From: Squalus acanthias | Taxonomy: Eukaryota | Direction: 5' to 3' | DNA: 64,000 bases | Assembly: GCA_030390025.1 (NCBI GenBank) | Contig: CM059426.1 | Coordinates: forward strand, 121,024,001-121,088,000 | Part shown: positions 57,855-64,000 of the stretch, piece by piece | Position numbering within the stretch: position 1 is the stretch's first letter | How the letters are laid out: each line of letters begins with the position of its first letter | Translations under genes and position numbers: made by a program | The notes under the pieces: generated by a model | Told to the model about the DNA's origin: nothing | Seen by the model: the letters and a program-made list of their open reading frames with translations, nothing else | Database searches by the model: none

Positions 57855-60800
57855 TAGTGCTGTGGGGGAGGGTTTAAACTAAAATGGCAGGGGGTTGGGA
57901 ACCTGTGCAGGGAAACAGAGGAAAGGGAAGCAAGGATAGAAACAAAAGACAGGAAGGAGAAAAGTAAAAGTGGAAGGCAGAGAAATCAAGGGTGTAAATC
58001 AAATAGGGTTACAGTAAATAATAATTCTAAAAGGACTAAGAGTGTTAAAAAAACAAGCCTGAAGGCTTTGTGTCTAAATGCGAGAAGCATTCGTAATAAG
58101 GTGGATGAATTAGCTGCGCAAATAGATGTAAACGGATATGATATAATTGGGATTACGGAGACATAGCTCCAGGGTGACCAAGGCTGGGAATTCAACATCC
58201 AGGGGTATTCAATATTCAGGAAGGACAGACAAAAAGGAAAAGGAGGTGGGGTAGCATTGCTGGTTAAAGAGGAGATTAACACAATAGTAGGGAAGGATAT
58301 TAGCTCTGATGATGTGGAATCTGTATGGGTAGAGCTGAGAAATATCAAGGGGCAGAAAATGTTAGTGGGAGTTGTATACAGACCCTCAAACAGTAATGCT
58401 GAGGTTGGGGATGGCATTAAATGGGAAATTAGAGATGCGTGCAATAAGGGCACAGCAGTTATCATGGGTGACTTTAATCTACATATAGATTGGGCGAAGC
58501 AAATTAGTAACAATACTGTGGAGGAGGAATTCCTAGAGTGTATACGGGATGGTTTCCTGGACCAATATGTCGAGGAACCAACTAGAGATCAGGCCATCTT
58601 AGACTGGGTATTATGTAATGAGAAAGGATTAATTAGCAATCTTGTTGTGCGAGGCCCCTTGGGGAGGAGCAATCATAATATGATCGAATTCTTCATTAAG
58701 ATGGAGAGTGAAGTAGTTGACTCAGAGACTAGGGTCCTGAATTTAAATAAAGGAAACTATGATGGTATGAGGCGCGAGTTGGCTAGGATGGATTGGGGAG
58801 CGTTACTTAAAGGGTTGACGGTGGATAGGCAATGGCAAACATTTAAAGATCGCATGGATGAACTACAGAATTTGTTCATCCCTGTTTGGCATAAAAATAA
58901 AACAGAAAAGGTGACTCAACCGTGGCTAACAAGGGAAATTAGGGATAGCATAAGATCCAAGGAGAGGACATATAAATTGGCCAGAAAAAGCAGCAAACCT
59001 GAGGATTGGGAGCAGATTAGGATTCAGCAAAGGAGGACAAAGGGATTAATTAAGAGGGGGAAAATAGAATATGAGAGTAAGCTTTCAGGGAACATAAAAA
59101 CTGAGTGTAAAAGCTTCTATAGATATGTGAAGAGAAAAAGATTGGTGAAGTCAAGCGTAGGTCCCTTGCAGTCAGAATCAGGGGAACTTATAATGGGGAA
59201 CAAAGAAATGGCAGACCAATTAAATACATACTTTGGTTCTGTCTTCACAAAGGAGGACACAAATAAACTCCTAGAGATGTCAGAGAACATAGGGTCTAAT
59301 GAGAGGGAGGAATTGAATGAAATCAGTATTTGTAGGGAAATGGTGTTAGGGAAATTAACGAGATTGAAGGCCGATAAATCCCCAGGGCCTGATAATCTAC
59401 ATCCTAGGGTACTTAAGGAAGTGGCCCTAGAAATAGTAGATGCTTTGCTGGTCATCTTTCAAAATTCTATAGACTCTGGAACAGTTCCCATGGATTGGAG
59501 GGTAGCTAATGTAACCCCACTATTTAGAAAAGGTGGTAGAGAAAAACCGAGTAAGCCTGACATCGGTAGTGGGGAAAATGCTAGAGTCCATTATAAAAGA
59601 TGTAATAGCAGAGCACTTGGAAAACAGTGACAGGATCGGACAAAGTCAACATGGATTTACAAAAGGTAAATCATGCTTGACTAATCTACTGGAATTTGTT
59701 GAGGATGTAACTGATAAAATAGATAAGGGAGAACCAGTGGATGTGGTGTATTTGGACTTTCAAAAGGCTTTCGATAAGGTCCCGCATAAGAGATTAGCGT
59801 GCAAAGTTAAAGCACATGGGATTGAGGGTAAGGTACTGATTTGGATAGAGAACTGGTTGGCAGACAGGAAGCAAAGAGTTGGAATAAACGTTTCCCCCCC
59901 CCCCCCGAGTGGCAGGCAGTGATTAGTGGGGTACCGCAGGGATCGGTGCTAGGACCCCAGCTATTCACAATATATATTAATGATCTAGACGAGGGAACTA
60001 GATGTAATATCTCCAAGTTTGCAGACGACACAAAGCTGGGTGGGCGTGTGAGCTGTGAGGCGGATGCAGAGAAACTCCAGTATGATTTGGACAGGTTGGG
60101 TAATTGGGCAGATGCAGTATAATGTGGATAAATGCGAGGTTATCCACTTTGGTGGCAAAAACAGGAAGACAGATTATCTGAACGGCAATAGATTGGGAAA
60201 AGGGGAAGTGCAACGAGATCTGGGAGTCCTTGTGCACCAGTCGCTGAAGGTAAGCATGCAGGTGCAGCAGGCGGTTAAGAAGGCAAATGGTATGTTGGCC
60301 TTCATAGCGAGAGGATTCGAGTACAGGAGCAAGGATGTCTTGCTGCAGTTGTACAGGGCCTTGGTGAGACCACACCTTGAGTATTGTGTGCAGTTTTGGT
60401 TGCCTTATCTGAGGAAGGAGGTTCTTGCCATGGAGGGAGTGCAGCGAAGATTTAACGGACTGATACCTGGGATGGCAGGAATGACGTAGGAAGAGAGATT
60501 GGGTCGATTAGGCTTATATTCGCTAGAGTTTAGAAGAATGAGAGGGGATCTCATTGAAACTTATAAAATTCTAACAGGACTAGACAGACAAGATGCAGGA
60601 AGGATGTTCCCGATGGTGGGGAGTCCAGAACCAGAGGTCACAGTCTAAGGATAAGGGGTAAGCCATTTAGGACTGAGATGAGGAGGAATTTCTTCACCCA
60701 GAGAGTGGTGAACCTGTGGAATTCTCTACCACAGAAGGCAGTTGAGTCCAATTCATTAAATATATTCAAGAAGGAGTTAGATGTATTTCTTAAGGCTAAA

Positions 60801-60925
60801 GGGATCAAGGGATATGGGGAGAAAGCAGGGACAGGGTACTGAATTTGGATGATCAGCCATGATCTCATTAAATGGCGGAGCAGGCTCGAGGGGCCGAATG
60901 GCCTACTCCTGCTCCTACCTTCTAT
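57855..60925 (+). mobile_element. 5'-truncated CR1 LINE: end of ORF1, near-complete ORF2 (APE endonuclease + RT, with stops and frameshifts) and 3' tail
   Basis: [68 protein letters not shown]; flanked by GCACC at 57850-57854 and 60926-60930. Confidence 0.93.
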
Positions 60926-61506
60926 GCACCCAATTTCTCCCCCATGGGGTTGGGGGACCAGCAGCGAATGCAGGTCAGTGAGGAAGAGGTGATAGGTAAG
61001 CGAAATTTGGTGCAGGATAGAATATGGGCAGCAGAGTTTTAGATGAGCTGAAGTTTATGGAGGGTGGAGGATGGGAAGTCAGCCAAGGGAGCATCGGAAT
61101 AATCGAGTTTGGAGGTGACAAAGGCATAGATGAGGGATTCAGCAGTAGATGGACTGAAGTAGAGACAGAGACGAGCAATGTTACGTAGATGTAGGCAGTC
61201 TTTGTGATGAAGATGATATGTGGTCAAAAGCTCAGTTCAGTTCCAATAGCATGCCAAGGTTTCAAACAGGTCCAGCCTGAGGCAGTGGCCAGGGAGGAAC
61301 AAAGATATGGAATCTGTGGTGGGTACCAAAGATGATGACTTCAGCCTTGCCAAATTTTTGCTGGAGGAAATTGTGCAACAGTCTGAGAACACTGAGGCAG
61401 CGGAGAGGTAGAGAGAGGCGGTGGAGGGGTAGAGTTGAGTGTCGTCAGCATACACGTGGAAGCAGACCCCATGCCTGCAGATGATGTTGCGAAGGGGCAG
61501 CATCAG

Positions 61507-61825
61507 GACCAGGCAGGTAGTGCAGGAGTCCCGAGTGCATCTCGCTCTCGCTCTGTTCTGAATACTGGTGAGGACAATGGTTCCTCTGGGGAGTACAGCC
61601 AGAGCTAAGTCCACGGCACCATGCGTAGCTCAGCTGTATGGGAGTGGTGGGTGGGGGGGGGGGGGCGAAGAAATAGGTGGAAGGTCAGAAAAGCAGTAAT
61701 GATAGGAAATTCAATAGTTAGGGGAACAGACAGGCGTTTCTGCGGCTGCAGACGTGACTCCAGGATGGTATGTTGCCTCCCTGGTGCCAGGGTCAAGGAT
61801 GTCACCGAGTCACTGCAGGACAGCC
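61507..61825 (+). mobile_element. CR1 ORF1 (SGNH/esterase) fragment
   Basis: IGNSIVRGTDRRFCG...MVCCLPGARVKDV; parallels 62345-62645. Confidence 0.8.
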
Positions 61826-61829
61826 CCGA

Positions 61830-64000
61830 GCGGCAAGAGCCTGAGACCGGAAAGAGCGGACCTGGAGGGAGCACAGCAAGAGTGGAGCGGTTAAAAGGAG
61901 CGGCAGCAACTCAACAGAGGCAGCTTTTGAAAAAGTGACATCAGAGTAAAAAAAAGTGACATTGGTACAAGGGAAAGAGTTGATTGGTGAGTAGCTGGCG
62001 AGTGTGTTTTTTTTTTAAGTTCATAAGTTTATTTCTGTTGGGTTAGTTCTTAGTCTTTTAAATAGAGGCATGGCAGGGCAGCTCAGTCCAGTGGAGTGCA
62101 CATCCTGTGCCATGTGGGAAGTCCTGGTTGCTTCGCGTAGCTTGGACGACCACATGTGTAGGAAGTGTCGCCAGGTATAGCAACTCGAGCTCCGGGTTTC
62201 GGAGCTTGAGCGGCAGCTGGAGTCACTGCGGTGCATCCGCGAGGCTGAGAGTTACGTGGATAGCACGTTTCTAGAGATGGTCACCCCGCAGCTTAAGAGT
62301 ATGCAGGCAGCGAGGGAATGGATGACCGCCAGACAGAAGAGGAGGACCAGGCAAGTAGTGCAGGAGTCCTCGGAGTGCATCGTGCAACCTGTATTCTGTT
62401 CTGAGTACTGGTGACGGCGATGGTTCCCCTGGGGAGTGCAGCCAGAGTCAAGTCCACGGCACCATGGGTGGCTCAGCTGCACAGCGGGGGGGGGGGCGGG
62501 GGAAAGAGTGGAAGAGCAATTGTGGTAGGGGATTAGATAGTTAGGGGAGCCGACAGGCGTTTCTGCGGCCGTAGGCAGGACTCCAGGATGCTATGTTGTC
62601 TCCCTGGTGCCAGGGTCAAGGATGTCACGGAGCGGCTGCAGGACACTCTGAGGGGGGAGGGTGAACAGCCAGAGGTCGTTGTCCATATCAGTACCAACAA
62701 CATCGGCAGAAAGAGGGATGAGGTCCTGCAGGCAGATTTTAGGGAGCTGAGAGATTAAAAAGCTGGACCTCAAAAGGTAGTAATCTCCGGATTACTCCCG
62801 GTGCCACATACTAGTGAGTACAGGAATAGGAGGATAGAACAGATGAATGCGTGGCTGAAGAGATGGTGCAGGAGGGAGGGCTTTAGATTCCTGAGGCATT
62901 GGGACCGTTTCTGGGGAAGGTGGGACCTGTACAAGCCAGACGGGTTACACCTCAACAGAGCCGGGACCAATATTCTCACGGGGAGGTTTGTAAGTGCTGT
63001 TGGGGAGGGTTTAAACTAACTTGGCAGGGGGATGGGCACCAGCATATAGGAGTAGAAAAGAGGAATAAGGTGCATAAAAGAGTGAGTGTGATGGATAGTA
63101 CTAGAGAAGATAGTACAAGAGGCGGTAGTAGTACTATATTAGATAGGAGCAGACTAAGAAAGACTACGAAAAATTCAAAAATGGGTTTAGAATGCATGTA
63201 TGTAAATGCACAAAGTGTGGTGAATAAGGTTGGTGAGTTACAAGCACAATTAGCTGTGTGGCAATATGATGTGGCATTAATGGAAACGTGGCTTAAAAAC
63301 GGTGAGGACTGGGCACTTGATATTCAAGGGTACAAGGTGCTCAGAAAAGATAGGGAAGGAAAAAAGGGAGGTGGGGTGGCAGTGCTGATTAAGGAAGACA
63401 TTGTAGTGTTGGAATGGGAGGATGAGGGGACAAAGACAGAATACATTTGGTTGGAGTTGAGGAGCAAAAAGGGTATGATCACGCTATTCGGGGTATTCTA
63501 TAGGCCTCCAAATAGTGAGAGGGAGGTAGAGGAACAAATCTGCAGGGAAATCGCAGAGATATGCAAGAGCTATAGAGTGGTGATATTGGGGGACTTTAAT
63601 TACCCAAATATCGATTGGGATAACGCTAGGGTAAAGGGAAAGGAGGGGGAGGAATTTCTGAAATGTGTTCAGGAGAATTTCCTCGACCAATATGTTCTTG
63701 GCCCAACTAGGAAGGAGGCATTGCTGGATCTGGTGCTGGGGAATGAGGTGGGCCAGGTCAACCAAGTGTCTGTGGGAGAACACTTGGGTACGAGTGATCA
63801 TCGTATCATAAGATTTAGATTAGCAATGGAGAGGAACAAGGAACAATCTAGAGTGGAACTTCTAAACTGGAATAGGGCTAACTTCAATGGGATGCGAAAG
63901 GATCTAGCCAGGGTAAAATGGAACCAAAGACTGACAGCAAAAACTGTAACGGAACAATGGGTGATCTTTAAGGAGGAGGAGATGTTCCAAGTACAGGCTA
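61830..64000 (+). mobile_element. CR1 LINE 5' part: 5'UTR, ORF1 (62070-63019; zinc finger + esterase, with stops) and start of the ORF2 endonuclease; continues past the window
   Basis: ECTSCAMW...HMCRKC; CLPGARVKDV; NAWLKRWCRREGFRFLRHW...DGLHLN; YVNAQSVVNK, GGGVAVLIK, YRPP, LGDFNYP, LLDLVL, SDH. Confidence 0.9.

Larger units (their letters stand above)
55609..60943. mobile_element. PIF/Harbinger transposon (dead), itself interrupted by CR1
   Basis: TIRs GGGGGAAAAATT / AATTTCTCCCCC; perfect TSD ATG at 55606-55608 and 60944-60946. Confidence 0.85.
55226..61500 (-). mobile_element. L2 LINE fragment split into 55226-55605 and 60947-61500 by a Harbinger insertion
   Basis: YADDTQLY, HLRNIARL, AFVTSKLDY, IGG.AFS.LGPTLWNSLP pieces on either side of the insertion. 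Confidence 0.75.

Noticed and set aside
58257-59630. 457-aa ORF as a host gene or active LINE
   Set aside because: Part of CR1 ORF2 with an upstream stop and downstream frameshifts; the element is 5'-truncated.

Overview
Eukaryotic, repeat-rich DNA, most likely from a cartilaginous fish (shark-type repeat landscape: CR1 and L2 LINEs, DeuSINE/SacSINE1-like SINEs, Penelope-like elements, PIF/Harbinger transposons; the taxon is an inference). Host genes are all on the minus strand. (1) A complete 8-exon RACK1/GNB2L1 gene (CDS 35232->30001, 314 aa) with a TCT/5'TOP promoter and two intronic C/D snoRNAs (SNORD95-like and SNORD96-like). (2) The terminal coding exon of LIN54 or a LIN54-like paralogue (52428-52629), probably with a long 3'UTR. 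(3) A CpG-island promoter and probable non-coding first exon of an unidentified gene running off the left edge (~8780-8900). The main unusual observations are: this RACK1 lacks 3 of the 4 STSS loop residues and has lost several basic residues; the SNORD96 copy has a compensatory box C/box D substitution; a family of Penelope-associated minimal hammerhead-ribozyme motifs is present, including a 182-bp TSD-flanked element with two back-to-back hammerheads; and there are multi-level nested transposon insertions with readable TIRs and TSDs. Comparisons with human or yeast sequences are from memory, not from a search.
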